DNA from: Lytechinus pictus
Taxonomy: Eukaryota
Length of the DNA stretch: 64,000 bases
Direction: 5' to 3'
NCBI RefSeq assembly: GCF_037042905.1
Contig: NC_087245.1
Location: 13,268,001 to 13,332,000, forward strand
Below, piece after piece: positions 37,324 through 50,121 of this stretch. Each line of letters starts with the position of its first letter. The stretch's first letter is position 1. A program made the position numbers and the translations under genes. The notes under the pieces are model-generated. The model had not been told where the DNA came from and ran no database searches. It saw nothing but the letters and a program-made list of their open reading frames with translations.

Positions 37324-37798
37324 TTTACACTTCGTAATTCCGAAGGTTCGTAATTCCGAAACACGCAAATTGCCTATACCTCGATGTTCGTTAATCCGAA
37401 AACGTAAAAGGGTTCGTTAATCCAAACATTTGTGGCGTTATTCCGAAGGTTCGTTATTCCGAAGGTTCGATAATCCGAAAACGAAATAAGGTTCGATGTT
37501 CCGAAGGTTCGTTAATCCGAAAACGAAATAAGGTTCGTTGTTCCGAAGGTTCGTTAATCCGAAAACGAAATAAGGTTCGTTGTTCCGAAGGTTCGTCAGT
37601 CCGAAAACGAAATAAGGTTATAGTTAATCATTTAGTTTTCGGACTAACGAACCTTCGGAATTACGAACCTCATTTCGTTTTCGGACTAACGAACCTTCGG
37701 AATTACGAACCTTCGGAAATACGAACCTTCGGAACAACGAACCTTCGGAATAACCGAACCTTCGGAATAACGAAGCTTCGGAATTACGAATGTATGCG
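37324..37798. mobile_element. Foldback (Mutator-like) element inserted into CUB exon 2
   Basis: Arms built from tandem TTCCGAAGGTTCG units in opposite orientations. 10-bp TSD GACCTGGATG at 37314-37323 and 37799-37808. Confidence 0.88.
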
Positions 37799-38959
37799 GA
37801 CCTGGATGAAAGCAAACAATCTTTAACAATCATATCACCAGAATATACAGAGACTTCTCATGACGTCTACCTGAATATCCACTATGTGGTGATTGCACCA
37901 GGAGATAGCAAAGTCCACGTTGCCTACGACACGCTTGCCATTGGTGCCGGTGTCGACTTGAGTGTTTACGATGGCATTTTTACCAAGAAGCTGATATCCA
38001 ACTTCAGTGGTTTTGGTGAGAAAGAACCAATTCCTTAAGGGAGTATGCTCAGCAGTAACGCAGTCACTCTTAGGCTGTACTCAGATTGGCAGTATCCAGG
38101 TGATGGATTCCAAATAACCATAAGCATAGACGGTGAGTGTCATGCCAATCTCTTTAAAACTAGTGTTATGTAGGTCTATGGCGCGTTTATTCCGTCAAGT
38201 TCAATGGTAAATATGAAGTTACATAATGTGGGCGACGTTGAATGTGGGTGCAATGGTGTAGGTTGGGCGTGTCTGGGAAGTGTACATGTATACGAAAAAA
38301 AGAGACATAACGTGGTGAAATATTATTTCTTTGATGGCAGGGTGAGACGTGATGAGAGGGAGGGAGGGAGGGAGAAAGAAGCAGGAATTAATAGATAAAG
38401 AAAGTTTTGGCGGGAAGAAAGAGAGAAAGAAAGAGGGGGACGGGATCATTAAAACATATAGGGGTCTAATCAAAGTTGAGCCTCCAACAGCTCGATCAAT
38501 AGTTTAGATAGTAAAGTATTTTGTATGAACCTGTTATTCCAAGAGTTGTGCTACAAGAGGCCTATAGGGCGGTGCGATCACCGACTTTTGAAGATAAAAT
38601 GGAAAAGAGAAAGAAGAAAAAAAAATGTTTAAAATAGAGAAGTGAGAATATCAGAGGAGAGAAATGAGAGGGAGATTGCTCAAATATTTCTATTTAGTTA
38701 TTTTTCATACATAAATACACCACACCTCTAGGTCAGCTTCTTCCCTATATCAAACTGTCTTTCGATCCCTGCCCTATATTGCCATTTTTGACCCCCACTG
38801 ATCACCAAATTTTGAAGAAAAAAAAATGTTGGATTTCAATTTTTTATATTGACCAATGACAAAAAAATATTTGGTAACGAAGGAGAAATTGTCATTGAAC
38901 TGTAGGCCCCAGAGGAAGTTGATTTCAGATCTCTGTAACCTATGACCGCCATAACAGGG

Positions 38960-39428
38960 TGTCGGGTAAAAATGGCAGAGGTAAAAATGGCAAAGGTAAA
39001 AATGGCAAAGGTAAAAATGGCAGAGGTAATAATGGCAGAGGTAAAAATGGCAGAGGTAATAATGGTAGAGGTAAAAATGGCAGAGGTAATAATGGTAGAG
39101 GTAAAAATGGCAGAGGTAAAAATGGCAGAGGTAAAAATGGCAAAGGTAAAAATGGCAGAGGTAATAATGGCAGAGGCAAAAATGGCAGAGGTAAAAATGG
39201 CAAAGGTAAAAATGGCAGAGGTAAAAATGGCAGAGGTGAAAATGGCAGAGGTAATAATGGCAGAGGCAAAAATGGCAGAGGTAAAAATGGCAAAGGTAAA
39301 AATGGCAGAGGTAAAAATGGCAGAGGTGAAAATGGCAAAGGCAAAAATGACAGAGGTAAGAATGGCAGAGGTAAAAATTATTACTTATCATTTGTCACCA
39401 TGATCTTTCCTATCAGCTTTACCTGACA
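38960..39428. repeat. 15-bp minisatellite (AAAATGGCAGAGGTA)~27 within short inverted termini; probable foldback remnant
   Basis: Array ~38967-39378 with TGTC(G/A)GGTAAA inverted ends at 38960 and 39428. Confidence 0.85.
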
Positions 39429-42179
39429 TTTTGTTTGGGAATAATTTCCTCTTTATCAGAAGCTACGCCTCAAAATGTAGCCAGCATGTGTGGAGGTGTA
39501 TTAACACTAGGCGAGACCCTTCCAAAGATCACCTTCACCACACCACTGTACAACTACCATAACTCCAAAGACCTCTACATGGACTGTTTCATGTTCTTCA
39601 GAAGTCCTGCTGGAAAGCAAGTGAAACTGACCATTACTCGCATGGTAACAGTGAACGAAATAATCACTATCTTCAACCACCCGTCCTCTTCCAGCTCCTT
39701 ACACCGTGTCAACACCCTGTCTGGGATAATGGACTCGCCACTTCAGGTCATCTCCTCAAGGGGTGGATTGACCCTGATATTTGATGACAGAGTATTTGGA
39801 CTGAACGGACCTGGAATAGAGGGTGATCTTCAAATCTTGGGTAAGTCTGGTATGAACATCTGTGAAGATGGCTGGTAGTTTCTTGAATTCCCATTTTCCC
39901 TGAACAATATAAATATTGTTTATTGGTAGAAAGTAATAGGTCACCTGATCAAAAAGGCTTGATGACTTTCTTGATGGTGTTGCTTGGGTCCATAACACAA
40001 AGATTTGTTAAAAGCTATAATTGCACAGGACAATCCTGATTAGGCCTACAACTATTATCTTTACTGGCTTTAGACTTTTTTTTATTATTTGCAAACATTT
40101 GGCCTGGTTTGGATGACTATCAGTATTAAGTACTTTGAGATTCGTTTCATAAATTCTTTTCTTTCTAGACGAGGTTCCAGATTCGCTTCCTGGTTTTTGT
40201 GGAGGGGTTATTGCTCTCACCGATGAGACACCACACGTCACCTTCTCCACCCCTCTCTTATACTATCGAACGAGCGATGATGTCATCATAGACTGCAAAA
40301 TGCACATAATGAGTCCTGTTGGGAAGCAGGTTAAACTGACCATAACTCATGTTGACACAATTAACGAGCAAATCAAAATCTACGATGACCAATCATCAAC
40401 ATCAAGCAGAAACCTTGTGACTTACTTTTATGGACACCTAGAGAAAAATGTCACGATACTTTCATCCCGAGGAGGACTAACAATAATATTTGCAGATCAA
40501 AGCTATGCAGAAAATTGAGGAGGATTCTATGCTATAGCAGAAACCTTTGGTATGTCTAGCTCGCTCTTTTACTTTGACGCCATATGCACTCTGACACGAT
40601 ATATTCATTTAGACCAAATGAAAAAGAAACATACATGCATCATTAACCCAACCGTTGGAAATGGGAAATGTGTTTGTTTTTCGTTGCATTCAAGTTTCAT
40701 GAATAATCATTCTCTGTAGATTCCGTACCATCAGATGAGCCAGGATTCTGTGGCGGTGTGGTTACATTGTCAGAGAGATCACCCGTGTTCACATTCTCCA
40801 CACCTCACTACAACAACCCTGCTTCTTCTGACATCTACATGGCCTGCCGGATGTACTTCACATGTCCCCAAGGACACCAGGTTCAATTCAACATTCAGGG
40901 TATGGAAACCAAGTCAGATGCGAACAATGGCGTCACAATCTACGACCACCCATCCTCGACAAGCAATACCTACATGGCCGCTCATCTGTCTGGTGTTCAG
41001 CCAGATACTCACCAGTACTACATATCCTCTCGTGCAGGGTTTACTATCACTTACGATGATATTGATGCAGTTGATGACAATGGAAAAGGAATGCTTGCTG
41101 AAGCTCGGATAGTTGGTAATTAATATGATTTATGATCATGATAGGGTATGGAGGGTGTTTGTGTGTGTGAATGTGAGAGAGCGGATGTTCATGTAAGGGT
41201 ATGTGTATGAAGGTGAGTGCATGTGGGAGTGTGTGATCGTGAGAGAGAGGGAGAGTACGAATAATCAGCAGTCGCACTTTTCCTTTGACCAAGTAATCTA
41301 GAAAGTTCTTTTGACATATATTGAAGAGAAATATTAGCTTTAAAGCTTAAAGTAAAGAAAATCTGCTTTACCAACAACCTGGCTCTCATCTTTGAGGTGG
41401 AAAGTTCGAAATCATTATTTGTAAAGGCAAGATCTACCAAACACATCTCAGATGCATGGAATTGCTCTATAACTCATCCAACATTAATCAAGAAAGGCGA
41501 TATATGTCACCAGAATATTCAACCATGTAGCAACAAACCAAGTCTTATCTCCCAGCTATCCTTAATCTTTCAAATTATAGATGGAATACAATCGGGACAA
41601 ACAATATCATGTGGTGGGACCATACCATTAGATGATGAGCTTCCCCTTGTATTCTTTTCGACACCCACCTTTCACCACCCTCTCAACATCGATGCAGACA
41701 ACGACTGTGTGGTTTACATAACAAGCACACCAGGCAAACAAGTTCAACTGACATTGAATCAAGTGGCGACAACACCTAATGAAGTAATCAAAGTTTACGA
41801 TCATCCGACGGATTCCAGAGACCGGAATCTTGTACTTAAGGCCCAGGGAACTCTAACACAGAAAGTATCGGTGTATTCAACAAGTGGAGGATTGATTTTG
41901 ACTTACACGGATAGTAGCACAGGACTCAATGGCCCAGGTTTTCTTGCAGAAGCTTTTCTATTAGGTAAGATTGCAGAAGATCTAATATTTTCTGAATTTT
42001 TTTAATGATTATATATTTGTTCCGGTTGTGGGCAATGCAAAAAAAAATAACGAGGTTAAAAATCTATCATTAAGCTGGTTATGCTCAGTTGCATTAAAAT
42101 TATGTGTAATCGATTGTACAAAATTATTATACAATCAATGAAATGTGTTATGAAACCAGGGATATACTGCATTACCTTT

Positions 42180-42650
42180 CCATATTCATTTGATCACAGA
42201 ATCATTTTATGTTCAATAGTGTTATATCATCATAAGATTTCTCACAAATTTTAGAAATGAAACCTACAATTTAAATATACAATTGATCGCTAAGCTTTGT
42301 GTCAGAGGGCCAAGATACATATACCTTTTTCTAATCAACCTTCAAGATTCATGTGATCAGACAAAATCATTCTACATTCAATAGTGCGAAGTCATCATAA
42401 GATGTAAACCTATTTTTACATCCCCCCCATCAATCGTACAACTCAAATCATCTGCAATCAGTTGCTAAGCTTAATTGTGTCAAGGGGCACAAGTAGCTAT
42501 TCCACCTTTATAATTCATTTGATCACAAAATCATTTATCTATAATATTGCTATATCATCATAAGATGTGAACTTATTTTCTCTCAAATTTTAGCAATCAT
42601 TCGTACAAATGGAATCTATAATCAATTGCTATGCCTTGTGTTTCAGGGTC
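42180..42650. repeat. Degenerate ~165-bp tandem triplication
   Basis: ATTCAT(T/G)TGATCA.A.AATCATT...TCATCATAAGAT occurs three times. Confidence 0.55.
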
Positions 42651-45137
42651 CACATACATATTACAATTTCAACTTCATATTCCAAGTTATTAAGAAAAGT
42701 CAAGTTTGGTAGTGCTATCTTCATAAGATGTAAACATATCTCTCACAATTTTTTGTATTTGTGTGATTTTGCGTATTTCACATAATTTCAATGCAACGGT
42801 CATTATAATTGTTCCCATAGGCCAGGCAGTGCTCTGACAACCCTGTCCCATGAAGGAATAGATTGGAAGTGGTAAATCTGCCATGCGACATCTTGCTAAG
42901 ATGTGGACTTGTTATTTTCCAAAAGATTACCTACTTCACAATATGACACTTGATCAGAGCAGTATATTTCAGTAGTCTCCACAGGACATATTCTGAGCAT
43001 TTAATGATGTTTCTGTCCTCAAAGAACATCAGTGTGGTGATAGTTGCATAGTGTTCTCTCAGTAAGATATGAATGCGTCTATTTTCACATTGATTCCACG
43101 CAAATCATTTAAGCAACATCAGAAAAACACAAAATTTATTGGAATGGTCTCTATATTGCTCCATACAGTGATGTTGCACATAAAAAGCAATTCAAAGCAA
43201 CAGAGGAAATGATGTTGATGGAAGTGGTTCAAATAAACACTCAATTAACTTTCTCCAACAAATACTGCAAGAGTTCTCCTCTTCCCCTCCCTTTGGTAGG
43301 GTCTAATCTGATTTATATCATTTTTTTTAAATTCAAAGATGAAGTTGCGACTTATCAGAGTGCATCATGTGGGGGATCAGTGATTCTCAGCGATTCCTTC
43401 CCAAGGGTGTACGCAACTACTCCATTCTTTTACCATTCACCCCATGCGGACATGGTCATTGAATGTCGATGGTATCTGATCAGCCAATCAAACCAACAAA
43501 TAAATCTCACTCTCAAAGACATCGACATGAGGAATGAAGTCCTCAGTATCTACGATCATCCAACCTTGATGATCAATCAAGTGGGTACTGTGGCACAAAC
43601 TACAGATGAAGTTTCTCTAAAGTCAGAACAGAGAGGGTTCATTATGGATTTTGCGGATGAGTCCCCTACAGAAAATGGACGTGGGTTCTTTTTTTATGCG
43701 AGATTAGAAGGTAATCTTCATAATCCTAATCAGACTTCTCTTTGTTTAGGTAAACCTTACTTTAAAGAAGGAAATCAACCAGGATCAAAATATGGACATT
43801 TTTAGTGGAACACCATAGTTTATAGGTGGCACGACATTTGTTCCTGCAATATTTGCTCTGGTCTTAATATCTCAGAAGGAATATGGTTAGAGTTAGGATT
43901 ATAATAGAATTTTTGGTTCAGAATAGTGTCAAGATAAGGATTAGGGTTTATTCAGTATTGGAGGTTAAGTTTTTGTTTGGCTTAAATAGATTTTCCATCG
44001 CAGCAATTGTCGCTGGAGCATATGTCATGGAAACATTTTATGAGATTCATTATAGTCACTAAGAAGAGACGTCTCCTTGGAAAATTTGGCAATCAGCTTA
44101 TCTTGCCCTATCTAAGCAGCTAAGGGAATACAACTACTCTGTATGATTTGTAATAGTAAGCTTAAACTGAATATATATATATCACTGAATATGATTTAGT
44201 ATTTATTGGTATTCAGAGTATTATTATTATTGCTTAGAGTATAATTTAGTGCAAATAATCAATCCCTTTTGATTTTCTGTAGACATTTTCTTCATTATTT
44301 TTAATGGTACATGGATCATATTATTGCATTGTACCATTAGAAAAATATGTATTTTTTCATACTTTTTGTATTAAAGAATTGTAATCATATTCCGTATCCT
44401 AAAAATATACTCCTAATAAGAACAAGTCTGACAGAAGAGAATCAAAATTTAATGATAATGAAATAATGATTATTATTACTCATGCATATTCTAATCAGGT
44501 ACTGAAGGAAATATTACAATACCTGATGAACCTATACAGAGCACAATACCAAACGAACCTATACAAACAACAGGTAACAAAATAAGTAACCTTATGATAA
44601 GTTTTCCATTTCTTACTTACACTCAAAATTTAATGTGAAATTGTCAAACTAAATCAAAACAAATGCTAGCACTAAAGAAAAGTTGACTATTAAATGAAAT
44701 AATTGAAGCCTACAAATGCATATTGTATTCCAATAGAATACATGCCAAAAGCACATGTACATGCACAGCCCTCTAGGAGACAATTCAGTTCTTGATTTTT
44801 CTTTTCAAAGTTTTATTTTACATAAACACATGTATGTATTTTTGTACATGCTGCTAAATACATGTATACTCTTTTAAGTAATAATAATAATTTTTCTGTC
44901 AGGGCACTTACAATTAAGGTGTCAACGGACATTTTCCAACCAGGGCGTGGTGTTAAGCTAGTTTATGTAATGTAATGTGCAGTCATCTTTTGGGAAATAT
45001 AAGGTCCTTGCTCTTGTTTTATATTATCTATCTTCAGTTCAAAGGCTTTATTGGGTAAATCAAACAACAGTCAGGGGATTTCAAGGGAAACTGAGGGCCA
45101 TGCTCACTGACGTGCACTATCTGAGATCTATTTCTTA

Positions 45138-45553
45138 AGGCGACCGCACACCTTACGACTGGTCTGCGACCCGATTTTAGAATAAAATGTAGTAGTATTT
45201 GATGCTAATATTAAGACTTGTAATATCTTACTGTGTAATGTTCTAAATCATTGTACGAATACCTATGATCAAATTTGTGACTATGCTCTCATCCTTCTTA
45301 GAATAAAAGCGAATTTGATATCTAGTCGTAATGACGTCATAGCAGTCGTACGATTGGCTACGATTTGTAACTAATTTTGACTTTACTCCAAAAAAAGGGC
45401 TTGCAATCTTTCAAAATGGTTATAATATTATTATTTCAATTAGTTTTAACCTCAAATAAAATGATATGTTCCATTCACATCTTCAAAAAATTAGCAAAAT
45501 GCGATTTGTTCCAAAATCGGGTCACAGACCAGTCGTAAGGTGTGCGGTCGCCT
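45138..45553. mobile_element. PIF/Harbinger-type MITE
   Basis: ~40-bp TIR AGGCGACCGCACACCTTACGACTGGTCTG(C/T)GACCCGATTTT, flanked by TTA on both sides. Confidence 0.82.
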
Positions 45554-48500
45554 TTAAAGTAATGGTCTCTTCAAAGTTTACAGGCTCCATTCCATTTTCA
45601 TTGCTATCAAGATTAAAGTCATTATGTAATTCTCTTCCATTATTTAGCCATTACCACATCAAAACCAAACACTTCTCCTGACTTGCCATCATCACCAAAA
45701 TCATGAACAGGTAAACAATTTTAGTAAAGATTTTGATTTCATATATTTGGTTGCCATTTGTTAAGTTTTAAAACCATCTTGTAACATATATTTTTAATTA
45801 ATGCGATACACTTTTCATTGGTCTGTAAACTTTAATCAATGATATTTTGTTTTTCACTTTCTAATTATATGCTTTGTTATCTTCTTTTAAATGGACCTAA
45901 TCATTATTTTTTACTTGTACACCATGACAATCTGACATGAATTTTATAAGTCTATTCATGAAATTTTCAAAGAATGTGAATGTTTTCACATAAATGTAAT
46001 CATGTCAGTGTTTTTCATATGGTAGACATAAAACATTTTATCTCATTCTCATATTCCGTTGATGAAAACATTGAATAAATACTCTCAAAAGGCCTTTTGC
46101 AAGAACACATTGCAAAACAAAAACATTTGAAACATTTACTCCTCTTTCACTTTACCATGTACATTTTTTTATCAAAAATTCAATAGGAAAGCGAGTCCAT
46201 GTCATTTCAGTCACTGTCATCGTATTCGCTGTGGCTATACTCTTTACCGTTGTTGTGTTGGTGGTGATCTATAGACGAAGAGGTCATCATGACTCAGACA
46301 CAATGGAACAAACGGAGGACAGTGCAAACAATATTATGGCAACACCAGACAAAACGGGCAAAGATTTAGGTACATCCAACGAAGTGGATCCCAGCTATAC
46401 AGAACTGAATGATATGAATGATACTGCTCAGCATCAAAATATATAGTCACCATGATGATGAGAATTGTGATGCCCTGTGAACACGAATCAACCAGCAAAA
46501 TTTTGGAGAAAATTTGAACTTGCAAGAATGACCTTGATACCTATGACTTTCCAGTATCAGCTCGACACTTTCTGAAGTTTCCAAATAAAGCCTAATTCAT
46601 CACCTTATTTCATACAATATGTTAAATTGTTTTTAAGCAACTGTACAAACATCTCAAATGAACTCAGATCATTATAGGTCTGATTATAAGAGCCTTCCTT
46701 GGATTACCATTACAGATTTTTTTTTCTTTGAATTTGCTTCAAAACTTTTGATCATGAGCAAAAGATTTGTGATGTGCTCATGAATACATTTGGGGGCATT
46801 AGCAATGCTTACAGATCTAGATATTTAGAATGCTCTTCAAAATATACAGGAATACTAGGAGTATTTCCATTCCAACTGCATCCCTGCTAATTCCACCTCT
46901 AGTACTACAAAAATATTACATGCAGGCTTGCAGTTGTGAACATTTTGTAAGCCAAATTACAAAATATATGAAAATGCGGATAATGAATAATCATAAATTC
47001 TTTTTGTTTAATTCAAAGAAGGAAATCTTTTTCAATGACATCAGTATAATAGAATGATAATATCTGTATACTTATCAGCACAAAGCCAGATTCTCAATGG
47101 ACCTCTCACCAAATAAGTGTACAGAGTTTGGAATACGAGGGGGTTTGAACTATAATTTGTAAAATAAATCTATGGTTTAAAAGGGTTTTCATTTCAATCA
47201 TGATTGACAAATTATTTTAACCATATCAATTACAGATTTCAATTGATTCAATTCTGTGTTTAAAAAAGAATTTATCTTTTAATGTCTATCAGTTATCAAT
47301 GTTATTATCAGTTGCAGAGAGACCACTTTAAAACATGCATTTGGCATCATATTACGTGTTTTGCAGAACTGATTATGTGATGTATATAGGCCTTCACAAA
47401 ATTTTGTTTAAATCCTTAAATAAAATGAAATTCAGACAGGACGGATACCAAGTTAAATTCCAGGTTTGCTCACATTATATGAAAGAAGTATACAAATTGC
47501 CATTTGCTAATAACTTTAATCCACAAACATAATTAAAACCAAGGAGAAATGATAATTTGGTACTTAGTTAATTTATTTGCTTCATAAGCATAATTTATAA
47601 ACATAATTGTTTTCATGTATGTACATACAGACAGGTGATACAAATGTACACATAAGTTATTGACATTATTGTCATCATTAAAGGCAATATATCAAGTATG
47701 AGTTTGTATATTACACCTTACCTCAGTTTCATAACAACTGAATGTAAACAGTTAATACCACGAACTACCAACAAATGTTATAAGACCATCAAATGAATTC
47801 TGTAGCTTGAAGTGTTACTCATTTAAATTGTTACTACTAATTTATTTTCATAATTAATATGACTGTATTTCTATGGTAACTCATTTGGAAAACCAATTAA
47901 TAACCTATTAAAAAAAGAACTACGGTATTAATTCAGATACAATATATTGCATAGCACATGTTTATATACAGGCTTTTTATTATCGTAGGATATATATGTT
48001 TTTATTTGTTCATATTTTATTAATGGGAGAGGGTTAACAATAAAACCAAGTATATACTGATTAAGTACATGAGCTAAATTAGTAAAGAGTCACCTGAATC
48101 AGGTGAGCATCGTTTAAAACCAAATCTGAGTGTAAATTGTTTTGAGAAGCCTGTTTTATTTATTTTTTCCTACATGTATGATGTATAGCCTAGAGGCAGA
48201 TGGAATGTCTGTCATTGACTGTGCAATCATAATGAACTTGGAATACTCTTTTCCCTGGGTGTAATCTCAAAATCATGTCGCTTTTTTAAGTCACTGCATT
48301 AATATCAATCGTACTCATCTCTGAATGAAATCAGACTTTTGTGCTTTAAATAACAAAATAGTGATTTGATTGGACTAATTTGTGGTATAAACAATCTCAA
48401 ATATTCTCAATTTATTAAAAGAAATTTTGTATTTTATGTATTTTGTTATCAATTTCTTACAATTTATTTGCAATTTAAACCTTTGTATTTCTGTAATCTT

Positions 48501-50121
48501 TCTTAATTGAGAGTCACATATTTTTTAGCATTTTTCTTTCAGCCTGCAGTAAAATAATTACTGTGTTAATTAGCACATGGCCAATATCAATTCTTCATAC
48601 TCAAGGATTTTACAATCTGCTCCAACTTCCAACATGATTATATCATATTCATTGTAGGGGGGAATGTCAGTATGGGGGAATTTTTAATCCTTTACATTCC
48701 AAATTTAATTGTGTATTGAATTGTAATTTAGAAATTTATAAGGGCTATTTTGGACATTTGGGGGCAAAATTACTCTCAAGACCAATGTATACGTATCCTT
48801 TTCCGCTCTATCAATAATTTGTGAACATTGAACAACTAATGCAAAATGAATCTCTTGACCGATGTCACTGGCAAAAGCTTTCTTTGGAGCTATAGTTAGA
48901 AATTACTTTGAAATGAGATTAAAGAACCTACCTTTTATGGCCAGAAATAAAGATAGTTCTTGATTTTGTGACCTGGATATTTCGTCTCATGACTTGTGAT
49001 ATTTGAAAATCTTTGGATAAGGATTGAAAAACAGTGCTCATGTCAAATGTTTTTTATGCATGCAATGTAGAAATTGACTTGACTACAATCAAATAAAGAT
49101 ACAGTTAAATATTTTCATAGTATTTATGAAAGTTGTGAATTTTCGCATTTCAATAGTACTTAATTCTTTCTCATAATGAAGTGTAAGTGTAGACCAGCTT
49201 TCAATTGAACACTTATCGGCATTTAAACAGTTGAATAATTTTTGAAGACCTATTTGGCAATAAAAAGGTCACTTCTTAGAAATTCTCATTTACAAATGCT
49301 GAAATATAGAGACCCTTTCAAATTCATAGGCCTATAAATAGATAAATATCTTCAAGTATCAATGGCTCTTGCACAATATTTATAACTTTTTTTTCCATAG
49401 AGTACATACCTCATAAAATTGGGAATATATTGTACAAAAACTACCCGACAGGTTTATATTTTAAGAGATATCTCATCTAAACCATGATTCCTATAGCAAC
49501 CATTTCCACTATTTGTTACATAAACTGGAAAAAGAAATTTACCTGTCTGCAACTTTTTTCTACATGTATACTGTACATGAATACATATATTCTATCAAGG
49601 AGCATGCACAAGTGGTTCAGCAATAGTGCAACAGTCTGGTGACTGGCAGGTTTTGAGTTCAAATTGAATTAAATTTGCTTGGACCTTTTGATTGGAGAAA
49701 AGCCGACCAGTTTGACAAGCAAAAAAGCTTCAAAATTCTGTGGGCTATTGCACATTGCGTCTTGCACACTGCAGATTTAATTTTCATACAGCATTGTTGG
49801 GTGTTGCCACCTTGTTCAATGTTTACAATAAATATTTCTTTTAAAATTGGTTATTATAAACTCATCAACTTGCCTTTCCACACAATGAATGTTTGTTTTG
49901 TGTGAAAATTTAAAAAGCCATCGAGTAAAGACTAACACATATACTGTTCAAGTAGTCTATTGAAACTCAAGGACAGTGATATACAAGATAGCATATACTT
50001 ATATGTGTCAAGCTGCAACAAAAGCACACATCTGGCTAGTATCGGCATACCTTTCATGACCATATACTTCAATATGACATTAACAGATAGCTCTTACTTG
50101 ATATTTCCTGTGTATGAAATG

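Larger units (their letters stand above)
34035..46594 (+). pseudogene. Type-I membrane protein with 7 CUB-like domains, S/T/P stalk, TM and Tyr-motif tail; disabled
   Basis: Putative exons, all phase 1-1: 34035-34095 (signal peptide), 35445-35806, 37267-38132, 39460-39840, 40169-40549, 40720-41115, 41581-41964, 43339-43710 (CUB: CGG...TP...C...P.G.QV.L...YD...S.GG....D...NG.GF), 44499-44573, 45648-45710, and 46187 onward (TM VISVTVIVFAVAILFTVVVLVVIY-RRR). Lesions: frameshift ~35690, TE insertion 37324-37798, stops at 38036, 40516 and 45704. Confidence 0.82.

Noticed and set aside
37324-37798. CRISPR-like regularly spaced repeats
   Set aside because: There are no unique spacers or cas genes. 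The repeats form inverted arms with a TSD, i.e. a foldback transposon in a eukaryotic exon.
38774-39426. Repetitive ORFs (KNGRG)n, (MAEVK)n, (LCHFY)n and (PFLPL)n as real proteins
   Set aside because: All are translations of one 15-bp minisatellite in an intron, with no splice or flanking coding support.
40516-40518. In-frame TGA (also at 45704 and 54570) as selenocysteine or readthrough
   Set aside because: At 40516 and 54570 the TGA falls where Gly or Arg is expected (one-base changes), and all three co-occur with frameshifts or other lesions; simple nonsense mutations are more likely.
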